Virus record (IMG/VR): IMGVR_UViG_3300029179_000003
Span: 1-50,599 of that record
Strand: one strand, 5' to 3'
DNA length: 50,599 nucleotides
From: a virus
Taxonomy: Duplodnaviria > Caudoviricetes
Part shown: positions 27,819 to 37,245 of the stretch, one piece after another
How the letters are laid out: each line of letters starts with the position of its first letter
How positions within the stretch are numbered: the first letter of the stretch is position 1
Position numbers and translations under genes: made by a program
The notes under the pieces: generated by a model
Databases searched by the model: none
What the model was told of the DNA's origin: nothing
The model's input: only the letters and a program-made list of their open reading frames with translations

Positions 27819-28841
27819 ATGGCAAAGATCATCAGTAGACGTGCTGTCAGTAACAACCCGGAAAAAGTCACACGTATCCTCAACCTTCGTGAGTTCTATA
27901 ACAAACGCAACAAGATCCTCATTTGCAGGAGCGTTGGCGGCTTGGGTGACATCTTCATGCATCGCATGATGTTCGAAGATATCAAGACTTCCATGCCTGA
28001 CGCCGAAATACACTTTGCTTGTCCCGCTCAATACCACGATGCTCTCACAGATCATCCTTACATCGATAAGATCCTTGACTCCGAATCAGTAGACAAGATG
28101 GAATACATCATATCCTACAACACCACAACGGCTTGTGGCCGATATGAAATGAAGATGGCACCATTCGCAGACCTTAATCGAAGCGACATCTGGTCTAGGC
28201 ATTGTGGTATCGTACTTGACAACCACAACATGCATATCCGTCTCACAGAGGCCGAGAAAGCGTTTGGTAAGAAGAAGATAGAAGAAATGAGGGACAGAGA
28301 CGGGCCGATAGTGCTAGTGTGCCCTATCTCCGCAATGGTGAACAAGAACCTATTGGATCATCAAGTGATAGGATTGGTTGATGGCTTGTACATGCGTGGG
28401 TGTTGTGCGTTGGGGCTGCACTACTCACCCATCGGGCCGCTGGTGAAGAAGAACGTCCCTTGCCTGCATAGCCTGGGGATCAGGCAGTGGATGGGTGTGC
28501 TGGATGCTGCTGATTACATAGTGAGTGTAGATACATCTGCTTTCCACTGTGCTGGTGGGATGGGCAAGCCGCTGACGGGGATCTTCACATGGGCTGATGG
28601 CAAGGCATATGGAAAGCATTATAACTTTGTGTTGGTACAGAAGCATAGGGATAATGATCCAACTTGGACGTGTGGTCCTTGCTATAACTGGTGTGGCTGT
28701 CCGAAAGAAAAGAAGAATAACCTAAAACCGTGTCTGACAGAACTAACTACAGAGATGATGCTTCGTGGCGTAGATGAGATGTTTCAAAGATGGCCTGATG
28801 AGAGAATCAAAAATCACGTATTTGTTACTAATATAGGATAA
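27819..28841 (+). CDS. Glycosyltransferase family 9 (heptosyltransferase-like)
   Basis: GGLGDI, IVSVDTSAFHCAGGMGKP..GIF and CGPCY...CP...PC. The track start at TTG27792 lies inside the terminator. Confidence 0.9.
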   Translation: MAKIISRRAVSNNPEKVTRILNLREFYNKRNKILICRSVGGLGDIFMHRMMFEDIKTSMPDAEIHFACPAQYHDALTDHPYIDKILDSESVDKMEYIISYNTTTACGRYEMKMAPFADLNRSDIWSRHCGIVLDNHNMHIRLTEAEKAFGKKKIEEMRDRDGPIVLVCPISAMVNKNLLDHQVIGLVDGLYMRGCCALGLHYSPIGPLVKKNVPCLHSLGIRQWMGVLDAADYIVSVDTSAFHCAGGMGKPLTGIFTWADGKAYGKHYNFVLVQKHRDNDPTWTCGPCYNWCGCPKEKKNNLKPCLTELTTEMMLRGVDEMFQRWPDERIKNHVFVTNIG

Positions 28842-28845
28842 GGTT

Positions 28846-29079
28846 ATGCCCCAGATTATATCACCCGCTCAGATAGTCATGACCAAAGATGGAGAAATCA
28901 GGGTCACTATCGCTTTGGAGCTAAACATCAACATCAATGGTGCAGGCGAAGTAAGTGCATCTGCTGTTCCGAAGGTAGACGACAAGTTGCCTAAGAGTAA
29001 GTTCGATGAAGTAGAGTGGGATTTGCCAGATCTAAGTTCTGGTGTAAAGGTAGAATTCGGTAAGAATATACAGGAGTAA
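28846..29079 (+). CDS. Hypothetical protein
   Basis: TAAGG RBS. In an operon with the actin-like gene. Confidence 0.65.
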   Translation: MPQIISPAQIVMTKDGEIRVTIALELNININGAGEVSASAVPKVDDKLPKSKFDEVEWDLPDLSSGVKVEFGKNIQE

Positions 29080-29081
29080 CT

Positions 29082-30092
29082 ATGGCAATAGGTTTTGATT
29101 GTGGCACATACAACTTGGTTGCGTGCAACAGGAACGAAAAAGGGGACTTTGTTTACAAGAGAGAGATTAACGCCTTTCTTGAGATTCCTCTTGAATACAA
29201 GTTCGTATTCAACATGATGAAGAAATCGGGCGTCCCGATGATTCTTCGTGAAGACAAGAGCGTTGCCTACGCCCTTGGCGAGGCCGCTATCGAGATGGCA
29301 TATACCATGCCTCAGATCGATCTCAGAAGACCGATGAAGGATGGCTGTGTCAATCCACAAGAGAAGGATGCGTGGGAGATTCTCAATATCATGATGCATA
29401 GCCTTCTTGGAGAAGTCTATGATGATGGTTGTGTTCTCTACTACTCTGTTCCGGCCAACGCCGTCAATGTCGAAACAGACGCAGTTTTCCACGGCAAGCT
29501 GCTCGACAAGGTCTTCAAAGGCTACAAGTCCGAGAAGGGTTACAAGGTCAAGGCATTCCCGATCCCAGAAGGTCTAACCCTCGTCTATGCTGAACTACAA
29601 AGCAAGATGTTTACTGGCATCGGCATCAGCTTCGGTGCTGGTATGGTGAATGTGTCCTTCGCCAACTTCGGTGCGCCGATCTTCAACTTCGCCATCGTCA
29701 ACAGCGGCGACTGGATCGACAAGCAGGCTTCCAGGGCCACCAACGAGAGCATCGCTGTCATCAACAAAGAGAAGACCAAGATCGACTTGACGAAGCAGCC
29801 AACCAACGTGGTTGAGAGAGCTATCATGCTTCAGTATGAGGCTATGATTGATACGGCTGTGGTCAACATCAAGAAGGGTCTGATGGAGAACAAGAAGGCT
29901 AAGCTAGATCATCCAGTGGATGTTGTAGTGGCTGGAGGAACTGCATCGCCGAAGGGCTTTGAGCAGTTGTTCAAGGAAAGATTGCTACAACAGGAGCTTC
30001 CAATTGAGATCGGGTCTGTGATCAAACCAGCAGATCCTCTGTACTCTGTTGCAAGAGGTTGCCTAATCGCTGCGGAAAATCACGCAGGTTAA
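29082..30092 (+). CDS. Actin-like ATPase (MreB/MamK/ParM superfamily)
   Basis: Phosphate1 IGFDCGTYN, connect1 IPEG, phosphate2 ISFGAGMVN, adenosine VAGGTA and connect2 DPLYSVARG. Confidence 0.88.
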   Translation: MAIGFDCGTYNLVACNRNEKGDFVYKREINAFLEIPLEYKFVFNMMKKSGVPMILREDKSVAYALGEAAIEMAYTMPQIDLRRPMKDGCVNPQEKDAWEILNIMMHSLLGEVYDDGCVLYYSVPANAVNVETDAVFHGKLLDKVFKGYKSEKGYKVKAFPIPEGLTLVYAELQSKMFTGIGISFGAGMVNVSFANFGAPIFNFAIVNSGDWIDKQASRATNESIAVINKEKTKIDLTKQPTNVVERAIMLQYEAMIDTAVVNIKKGLMENKKAKLDHPVDVVVAGGTASPKGFEQLFKERLLQQELPIEIGSVIKPADPLYSVARGCLIAAENHAG

Positions 30093-30140
30093 GCATAGAT
30101 AATAACTAGGTAATAGGTAACAATTACGAAAGAGGTGTCT

Positions 30141-31760
30141 ATGTCTAATTACCAACCAACCGATGTTGTATCGGAATTGAAAAAGTGCGCAATCGATTTT
30201 GGCTACTTCGCTAAAACATATGCCCATGTGGCACATCCTTTACAAGGATACATTCCATTTGATCTACGTCCTTATCAGAAGACTCTAGTTGAGTCTTTCC
30301 AGAAGGATAGATTTGTCGTTGTCAATCAATACCGTTGGAGTGGCAAGTCTACTTTGACGGCGATCTATGCTCTCTGGAAGGCTTTATTCAGTCTTGACCA
30401 GAGAGTGCTGTTTCTCACCAAGACTGATCGTATTGCACTAGAACACAGTTCTATCGTTAAAGCTACGATCAACCTCTTCCCTGATTGGCTCAAACCCAAA
30501 TTTGGGAAGTGTAATGATCACACAATGGATTTCACAGATACAGGCAGTAATCTAAGTTTCTTTGCCTGTCAGGCTACCTGTGGGAGATCTGCAAATCTTC
30601 TAGTTATTGACGAGCCAGCTTTCATAGCAGATATGGATGTTCATTGGAAGTCTACGTGGCCTATCATATCCACGGGAGGCTCATGTATTGCTATCGGTAC
30701 ACCGAATGGCAACACACCAAGAGAACAGAACTGGTTCAGAGCTACCTGTGAGGACGCTCGTGATGGAAAGAACAGTTTTGTTTATCACAAGAATACATGT
30801 GTAAACGATCCGAAGTATAACGATGAGTGGGTTGCCGAGTTGAAGAAGAACTTGGGCATTAAGGGATTCCACTATGAGATGATGTGTTCCTTTGAGGAGA
30901 TCACTGAGGAGCCGAAGGAAGAGAAGCAACTACCTAAGTTCTCTGGCAAGTTCCAAGAGGCCAAGCCTTTCAGCAAGGGACGGATATACACCTTCGAACA
31001 AGAGAAGGTTGCACCAGAGGAGTTCTTGTTCAAGAAACAGTTCGCTGAATACCAGAAGCCATCTGACTCTGTAAACAAGAGATATGATGAGAAGGTGTTC
31101 CATGTTTACGATGTGGAGAACAAGCAGATCATCCTAACGGGTGAAACACAGAAGAAAGATCAGAAGTTCGGCGACATCGACCTTGAGATGATGCCTGATT
31201 TGAAGACAGCATCGGCCACTCCAATGGATGTGGACAACCCGGTGATCAAGGAAGTATTGGAAGACATGGCTCTCCTGAGCGGCGTTGAGAAGCCGAAGGA
31301 GGACGATGGGGACTTTGAGAAGGAAGTCCTAGATGATTGGTTCACTGGAGAACAAGTCGCTAAGGTCTGGAAAGACATTGCTGAAGGCATGCCAGAATAC
31401 AGTGAAGCTAAGATATATGCAAAGGATTGTAAGAAGAGACACAACCCCGGTATCCTATGTAGAGATAATTGGGTTGTTCCCGATCTGCTGGCCCTGGCGG
31501 GCGTAGAGGTAGGGGATGAGAAAGAAGAGGAGCCAGAGGACTATCGCAGCCTGCTCCTGAAGGTTCTAGTCAAAGACATGCCAGATAACATGGAGTTGGA
31601 CTTTGATGAAGAAGCGTTGTGTGTTAATGGTGTACCTACTAAGATCTCAACGAAGAGTATTGAAATGGCATTTGAAGGACTTGTCGAATTGACGGGAACT
31701 AAAGATTCCCTAACGACGGTAGGCAGCATTATCAAAAGAAAACTGCAACTATTGTTCTAA
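30141..31760 (+). CDS. Terminase large subunit (gp17)-like ATPase domain fused to an unrelated acidic C-terminus
   Basis: PFDLRPYQ, RWSGKST, LLVIDEPAF, GTPNG and EMMCSF. No recognisable RNase H nuclease domain follows. Confidence 0.8.
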   Translation: MSNYQPTDVVSELKKCAIDFGYFAKTYAHVAHPLQGYIPFDLRPYQKTLVESFQKDRFVVVNQYRWSGKSTLTAIYALWKALFSLDQRVLFLTKTDRIALEHSSIVKATINLFPDWLKPKFGKCNDHTMDFTDTGSNLSFFACQATCGRSANLLVIDEPAFIADMDVHWKSTWPIISTGGSCIAIGTPNGNTPREQNWFRATCEDARDGKNSFVYHKNTCVNDPKYNDEWVAELKKNLGIKGFHYEMMCSFEEITEEPKEEKQLPKFSGKFQEAKPFSKGRIYTFEQEKVAPEEFLFKKQFAEYQKPSDSVNKRYDEKVFHVYDVENKQIILTGETQKKDQKFGDIDLEMMPDLKTASATPMDVDNPVIKEVLEDMALLSGVEKPKEDDGDFEKEVLDDWFTGEQVAKVWKDIAEGMPEYSEAKIYAKDCKKRHNPGILCRDNWVVPDLLALAGVEVGDEKEEEPEDYRSLLLKVLVKDMPDNMELDFDEEALCVNGVPTKISTKSIEMAFEGLVELTGTKDSLTTVGSIIKRKLQLLF

Positions 31761-31778
31761 TAGAAAGAGAGAAGAGAA

Positions 31779-32276
31779 ATGGTCGATGAAAGAGCAGTTC
31801 ACAAATTCGTGAATGACTTAGGTGTAGCCGCATATCTGTTGATGCACGGCTATACTGTGGTTGGAAAGAGAGCCAAGTCAATCTACTTTGAATGCCATAC
31901 AGAGCAAGAAGAGGAAGATTTCGACAAGTTGGTCTTAGACTATCAGCCACCGAACGAGTTCTACACGTTTGATTCGTGTCTGATGTTCCTGAAAAAGATC
32001 AATGAATGTGTACCAGCACACCTAGACGATAAAGTCCATAAGTGTGTGACTGACCTGGGCGTTGCCGCCTATTTGCTGATGCATGAGTATAGAAGTAATT
32101 CTATAGGAGTGCGGGTCATTGGCAAGAAGGGCAAGAACGTGTACTTCTCCCATCCAGAAGGCTTGGGGAATGAGTTTAAGAGGCTCTCATATGAGTATCT
32201 CACAAGTCAGTTCCAGACTTATGACTCAAGCCTCATGGGTCTGAAGAAAATTGGCGAGTACATGCCGGCAGAATAA
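31779..32276 (+). CDS. Protein with two tandem DUF5659-like repeats
   Basis: VHKxVxDLGVAAYLLMHxY...GK..K..YF...F.T[FY]DS.LM.LKKI occurs twice. Confidence 0.7.
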   Translation: MVDERAVHKFVNDLGVAAYLLMHGYTVVGKRAKSIYFECHTEQEEEDFDKLVLDYQPPNEFYTFDSCLMFLKKINECVPAHLDDKVHKCVTDLGVAAYLLMHEYRSNSIGVRVIGKKGKNVYFSHPEGLGNEFKRLSYEYLTSQFQTYDSSLMGLKKIGEYMPAE

Positions 32277-32320
32277 TTCCCCAGGTTGTATATATCTACG
32301 TAAACCTAGAGGGAAGAGAT

Positions 32321-35300
32321 ATGATTAGATTTGTCGATTACCGGAAGAATCTATTAAAGAGTTCTGCCCACAGATCGAATGTTCTTGAAGGCGTAGATCG
32401 CTATTTTGAAATTCTGAGGCTGGACCTAATTGAAGCAACCAAGTTCCCAAGGAACCTTTCCGAAGAGTTCCTTGGGGATGCTTCGGTCATGATGGATCAA
32501 CTGTCTACTCTAACCAACGAAGTTCACAAATACATCATTAACGAAGACATCAACACCTTTAAGAAGGTGTTTCATCGTTATATCATAGAGACTGCTGCCG
32601 CAGCCTCTCCACCTAACCTCAAAGCTAGACTTGACACTGGCCCCGGCACACTTACGGGTGATGCCGCTAATCAGTTCAGGGACAAGCTGGCCTGGGCTAT
32701 CAAACAATTCATTGACGAAGTCAAGGCTGAGGTATCAAAGCAGATGGCTGGGCTTTCCGCTACAGCTACAACTGCCGCTACAACGACTGCCGCATCGCCT
32801 GATCCTGCCGCCGCTGGTAGGACCATGCCGCCTGCGCCACCAGTAAGATCGTCTCCACCTCCTGTACCAACTAGCACAATAGATGATGAGGATGAAGAGG
32901 AGGAGCCGGCTCCTTCGTCGCATCGTCCAGGCGTATCCAGCCCATACCATCACAGAACAGGTATCCACCAGCCTTATCCTTCTATGCCTGCAACAGGTGG
33001 TAGATGGAAGAAGTCAACCAGCGATCCTAACAACAATTGGTTCGGTGGCATTGGTAACATGTTCAAGAGTGTCGGCCAATGGTTCAAGGACAAGCTACAT
33101 CGTGGTTGGCATGGTGCAAACCTAGCCGATTCCGTAAGGGCTAAGTTCATCAACCTTGTTGAGACATCTACAAACGATATTCTAGATGCTCTCATGAAGA
33201 CCATTGATGGGTTCGGCAAAGATCTGACAGATTACATTACAAAACACGCAACAGAATATGTTGATGCTATCAAGGCCGGCAGTGCAACTGCTGCGTCTAG
33301 CACTACCGCTACGCCTGTACCTGGGGCTTCTCAACCACCAATTGACGATCCTAGTGTCATAACTGGTCGTCAGCCTGGGGCTGCTGTAGATGCCGGTAAG
33401 ACATTGCCAAATAGCACAACATCACAAGCTCCAATACCATCTGATCAGAGAACCGGGGCACCTGAAGGTGCAGTTAAAGCTTACAAAGATCAGAAGACGA
33501 TTGATGCAATCAATGCTAGGATCTTGAAGGGCGAGCCGATCAGTGAGTTGGAACTACAGCGTCTATCTGCTACTTTCGACAAGTCTTGGGACATCGGTAC
33601 TGAGCCAGTATTAGGACCAGACGGCAAACAGGTCATCAAGACAAGCAAGGACGGAAAGCAAACTCCTCAAAAGAAAAGCAAGGAAGGTAGATGGCTGAAG
33701 ATTCTCAACCATTATCTAGCACACCTACGTAGCAAGGGCGTAGCAGGCGTGCCCGCTGATGCTTCGGAATATAAGCGTGCTGTGCCTACACCTAAAGCCC
33801 TTACAGCAGCGGCTATCACAGAACTACGTGACTTGGTTCTCGGCAAAGAGAAGCCAATTGGCGTTGCTTTGCTTGATCAAAAGGAGAAGGACAAGGGCGG
33901 TAAGAAGCGTGTGTCCGCAGCTAGAAGGCATTATGGTGGCTGTAAAGACAACTCAGAGTTGTATGACAGAATCGTTGCAACCAAGGATATCAAAGCAGAA
34001 GATCTATCTGCTAATGGATACAAGGCACCTGACGCAACTACGGCAACTACCACGACTACTACTCAGACACCGGCTGGTGCCCCAGCGAATACTTCTGTAG
34101 GAGATAAGCCAAAGAGTGCAGAAGAGATTGAGAAGGAGAAGCTCCAACAAGCCAAGGCTGCGTTGCTAGGCGACAAGGGCAAGGAAGGCGGCGAGCCATC
34201 ACCAAGTCCTACTCTATCCGCAGAGGATCAGAAGAAGCAGCAAGCGTTGCTTGCGCAGCAGAAGGCCCAGGAGGAGGCTGCTCGTATCCAAGCTGAAAGA
34301 GATGCTAGGAAAAATGGCACACAAACGCCTACACAGACATCTACACAAACCCCAGCAGGCGATAAGCCTGTAGCAAGTCAACCAGCGGCTCCAGCAGGCA
34401 ATAAGCCTGCCGGCGATAAGCCTGTAGCAAGTCAACCAGCAGTGAAGCCAGAGGGAGAGAAGCCAGCAGCAACCCCGCCAGCAGCAACCGACCAAGAACC
34501 AGATGAAGCTAACTTAGATCTTGCTGATCTATGTGTTGTGTTGAATCCTGGCAATCCATATGACGAAGGAGATAACAAACAGGGCGAGACTGGTCAGGCC
34601 AAGATGTTTGCTATGCTAGGAAAGATCGATGAAGATCTCGCCAAGATCGAGGCAGCAATGCCTGGATTTAGGGAGGCACTACCTGATATGGAAGATGAGC
34701 AGAAGACCATAGAGATCTTTAGATCCGTCTACCCAGCATTGAAGGCTAAGTGTGGTGGCAAGATCGACGGAAGAAATCAGGTCCATGCAGATGACTTGAA
34801 GAAGGCTATGTTGGATGAGTACCTGAGATCTGGAAAAGTAGCATATGCTAAGAAGAAGTCAGTTGATCCAGCTACATTGGATGCTCAAATTGCAGCGGCT
34901 CTAGGGGGAACACCTTCGGGCGGTGGAGAAGTACCAAAAAAAGCTGACGGAGTTATCGAGAAGGGCGTCGATACCTCCGGTCAAACAACACCTGACCCTG
35001 AAGAGGTAGATAAGAAGCTCCAGCAAGATAAAACGGTAAACAAGGCTTACGCCGCCATCGCAGATGAGGATAAGGCCAAGACGCCAGAAGATGTGTTGAA
35101 AGCTAGGATTCGTGAAATAGTTGTAGCAAGCTGGGATAGAGAAGACTTCCAGAAAATGAAGAGTAGTCAACTGTATGCCCTGCTAGCTCACATGGCTTCC
35201 AAGGGTTATAAAGTTTCTGAGGTAGCTGGTCAGTTAGGAAGTCTTCCAGAGATATACGAGGCTCTGGAGTCGATTAATATGGCGGCACTGAAGCCGGCTG

Positions 35301-36745
35301 GGAAGCCTGGAGGGATGAGAGATAGACTACAACAAAAACAAGCTAGTGAAGACCCAATGAAACGAGTTGAGTCTTTCCTGGCTAAAAAAAAAATCAGGGC
35401 ACTCAAAGACGAGTTTCCTGACGGATGGGCGGCTACGAGCTACGGCAGCAACGAAGATCTCATGATCTCCAGAGAAGCAAATAAGATGCTGGGGTACATG
35501 CGTGATAGGGGTGCGTCCTTTGAACAGGCCATCGCTCCATTACGTCAGGATCTAGAGAAGGCACAGAAGTCGAGAGAGGCCAATGAGCCACTTCAGCAAG
35601 ACTTTGATACGGGTGATGCCCCGCCTCCAGCAGATGACGAAGTAGTAGAACCGACGAAGGGCGGAATGGATGACGAGGATAGCCTAGCCGCTAAGAAAGT
35701 GGCATCTGCTGCTATGGCAGAAACCGCTGAGGAAAAGGAGATCAAGGCATCTTTGACAGACAAGAAGTTTGACAACGGTGTAACCTACTTGGAATTCTTG
35801 ACAAGGAAGAAATACGAGGGCAACGTTGATCGTATGGCTGATAGGATATCAGCCTTGTTGGCAGCCAATGGCAATCAGATATTGCCGGTTCTAACTGCTC
35901 TTATTCAAGAAGCTATGGAGTTGAGCAGTCAACTTGGCGATGCCGCCTTTGATTGGCTACCTAAGCAGAAGAAGGTGGAGAAGAGATCTGAAGATGATGT
36001 TAGAAGTCAACTACTCAGCAAGAAGTTCGACCACGGTATGACTGCTGGCCCTGGTGAAGAACTAAGTCATCCGAATGTAAGTTACTACGAGTTCTTGAAA
36101 GCAAAGAAGTTCGAAGGTAACGCTGGTAAGATGAACACCTACATGATGGATCTTCTTACCAAGAATGGCGATGATGTCAATGCTGTCGTAGCGCAAATGG
36201 CTTCTGAAGCTGAAGCTCTAAGGCAACAGCTAGGCGATGCAGCGTTCTCTGATATCGTAACTATCACCAAGCCAGAACCGCCAGCACCAATTGAGCCGGT
36301 GGAACCAGAGGAAGAAGGTGAGGATATAGTAAATCCTGATGAGGATCAGGATGATGAGGATGATGAAGAGGATATAGTAGAACCTGATGAGGAAGAAGAG
36401 GATGAAGACGAAGTCGATATCCCTGACGACTCTGTAGAGGATGCTCCAGCCGAACAATGTCCTCAGTGTTCTGGTAACGGCAAATGTCCAGCATGCCTAT
36501 GCGAAACCTGTAAGGGTGCTGGCAAAGTAGGCGCTGATAAGTGTCCAGACTGTCATGGTATTGGTAGCAAACTCGACAACGAAGATTGCGGCCTATGCAG
36601 TGGCTCCGGTGAGTGTGGAGGCTGTGGCGGCACTGGCACGGCTAGCAATGTCGATATCGACGCTCTGGCCGATAGAGACGACGATGACGACTACGGCGAT
36701 CTTGATGACGAGGAAGAAGAGAAGGCTCGTCACTATGGCTACTAA
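32321..36745 (+). CDS. 1474-aa low-complexity protein with C-terminal DnaJ-type Cys zinc-finger; possible internal head protein
   Basis: Long ORF with Ala/Pro/Thr linkers, acidic tracts and six CxxC units. Confidence 0.8.
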   Translation: MIRFVDYRKNLLKSSAHRSNVLEGVDRYFEILRLDLIEATKFPRNLSEEFLGDASVMMDQLSTLTNEVHKYIINEDINTFKKVFHRYIIETAAAASPPNLKARLDTGPGTLTGDAANQFRDKLAWAIKQFIDEVKAEVSKQMAGLSATATTAATTTAASPDPAAAGRTMPPAPPVRSSPPPVPTSTIDDEDEEEEPAPSSHRPGVSSPYHHRTGIHQPYPSMPATGGRWKKSTSDPNNNWFGGIGNMFKSVGQWFKDKLHRGWHGANLADSVRAKFINLVETSTNDILDALMKTIDGFGKDLTDYITKHATEYVDAIKAGSATAASSTTATPVPGASQPPIDDPSVITGRQPGAAVDAGKTLPNSTTSQAPIPSDQRTGAPEGAVKAYKDQKTIDAINARILKGEPISELELQRLSATFDKSWDIGTEPVLGPDGKQVIKTSKDGKQTPQKKSKEGRWLKILNHYLAHLRSKGVAGVPADASEYKRAVPTPKALTAAAITELRDLVLGKEKPIGVALLDQKEKDKGGKKRVSAARRHYGGCKDNSELYDRIVATKDIKAEDLSANGYKAPDATTATTTTTTQTPAGAPANTSVGDKPKSAEEIEKEKLQQAKAALLGDKGKEGGEPSPSPTLSAEDQKKQQALLAQQKAQEEAARIQAERDARKNGTQTPTQTSTQTPAGDKPVASQPAAPAGNKPAGDKPVASQPAVKPEGEKPAATPPAATDQEPDEANLDLADLCVVLNPGNPYDEGDNKQGETGQAKMFAMLGKIDEDLAKIEAAMPGFREALPDMEDEQKTIEIFRSVYPALKAKCGGKIDGRNQVHADDLKKAMLDEYLRSGKVAYAKKKSVDPATLDAQIAAALGGTPSGGGEVPKKADGVIEKGVDTSGQTTPDPEEVDKKLQQDKTVNKAYAAIADEDKAKTPEDVLKARIREIVVASWDREDFQKMKSSQLYALLAHMASKGYKVSEVAGQLGSLPEIYEALESINMAALKPAGKPGGMRDRLQQKQASEDPMKRVESFLAKKKIRALKDEFPDGWAATSYGSNEDLMISREANKMLGYMRDRGASFEQAIAPLRQDLEKAQKSREANEPLQQDFDTGDAPPPADDEVVEPTKGGMDDEDSLAAKKVASAAMAETAEEKEIKASLTDKKFDNGVTYLEFLTRKKYEGNVDRMADRISALLAANGNQILPVLTALIQEAMELSSQLGDAAFDWLPKQKKVEKRSEDDVRSQLLSKKFDHGMTAGPGEELSHPNVSYYEFLKAKKFEGNAGKMNTYMMDLLTKNGDDVNAVVAQMASEAEALRQQLGDAAFSDIVTITKPEPPAPIEPVEPEEEGEDIVNPDEDQDDEDDEEDIVEPDEEEEDEDEVDIPDDSVEDAPAEQCPQCSGNGKCPACLCETCKGAGKVGADKCPDCHGIGSKLDNEDCGLCSGSGECGGCGGTGTASNVDIDALADRDDDDDYGDLDDEEEEKARHYGY
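34358..34440 (+). repeat. 29-bp direct repeat within the coding sequence (GDKPVASQP)
   Basis: GGCGATAAGCCTGTAGCAAGTCAACCAGC at 34358-34386 and 34412-34440. Confidence 0.9.
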
Positions 36746-37245
36746 TCATCCTCGTGTTGTTTCTTCATCTCATAGTCTTTCTTAGTCTTCTTTGCTAGTC
36801 TAGCTAGCTTCTGAATGTCAACGAATGTGATCTTACCATCGTCCGGCTCCTCTAAAATGGGGTCGGACGATGGTGTTTCTACAGACTGTATGGACACAGT
36901 ATTGCTCATTGGCGGTGTAAGGTGTGGACTTACATCGCTCAGGACTTCTTTCCCTGTCTTCTTTTGGAACTCCTCAATGAGCTTCAGATGGTCTGGATTG
37001 TTTGGATCTAGGACTATCTCCTCGTAGATGCCTACGATATGGCTCCAAGGATAGAAGCTGGAGTTACCATAAAAGGGGTGAAAGCCCCATACTCCGTCTA
37101 AGTTGATTTCTTCAATCTCTATGACAAAGTGTTCTCTGGCTTGCTGCTCATTAAAGTGCCTGTTGACAGGTGTTGTAAAGATCGTGCAAGCCTTACCAAC
37201 ATATCGCTCATTCAGTTTCTCTAATGTTTTAGGTTTCATTTCCAT
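36742..37245 (-). CDS. Hypothetical protein
   Basis: 167-aa ORF coupled to rfbA. Confidence 0.75.
   Translation of the reverse strand: MEMKPKTLEKLNERYVGKACTIFTTPVNRHFNEQQAREHFVIEIEEINLDGVWGFHPFYGNSSFYPWSHIVGIYEEIVLDPNNPDHLKLIEEFQKKTGKEVLSDVSPHLTPPMSNTVSIQSVETPSSDPILEEPDDGKITFVDIQKLARLAKKTKKDYEMKKQHEDD

Noticed and set aside
28869-29492. 207-aa antisense ORF and other short antisense ORFs in the track
   Set aside because: They lie opposite well-supported genes and show no motifs or RBS.
34358-34440. 29-bp direct repeats resembling a mini CRISPR
   Set aside because: There are only two copies, in frame within a Pro/Ala linker, and the spacer is itself a degenerate copy.
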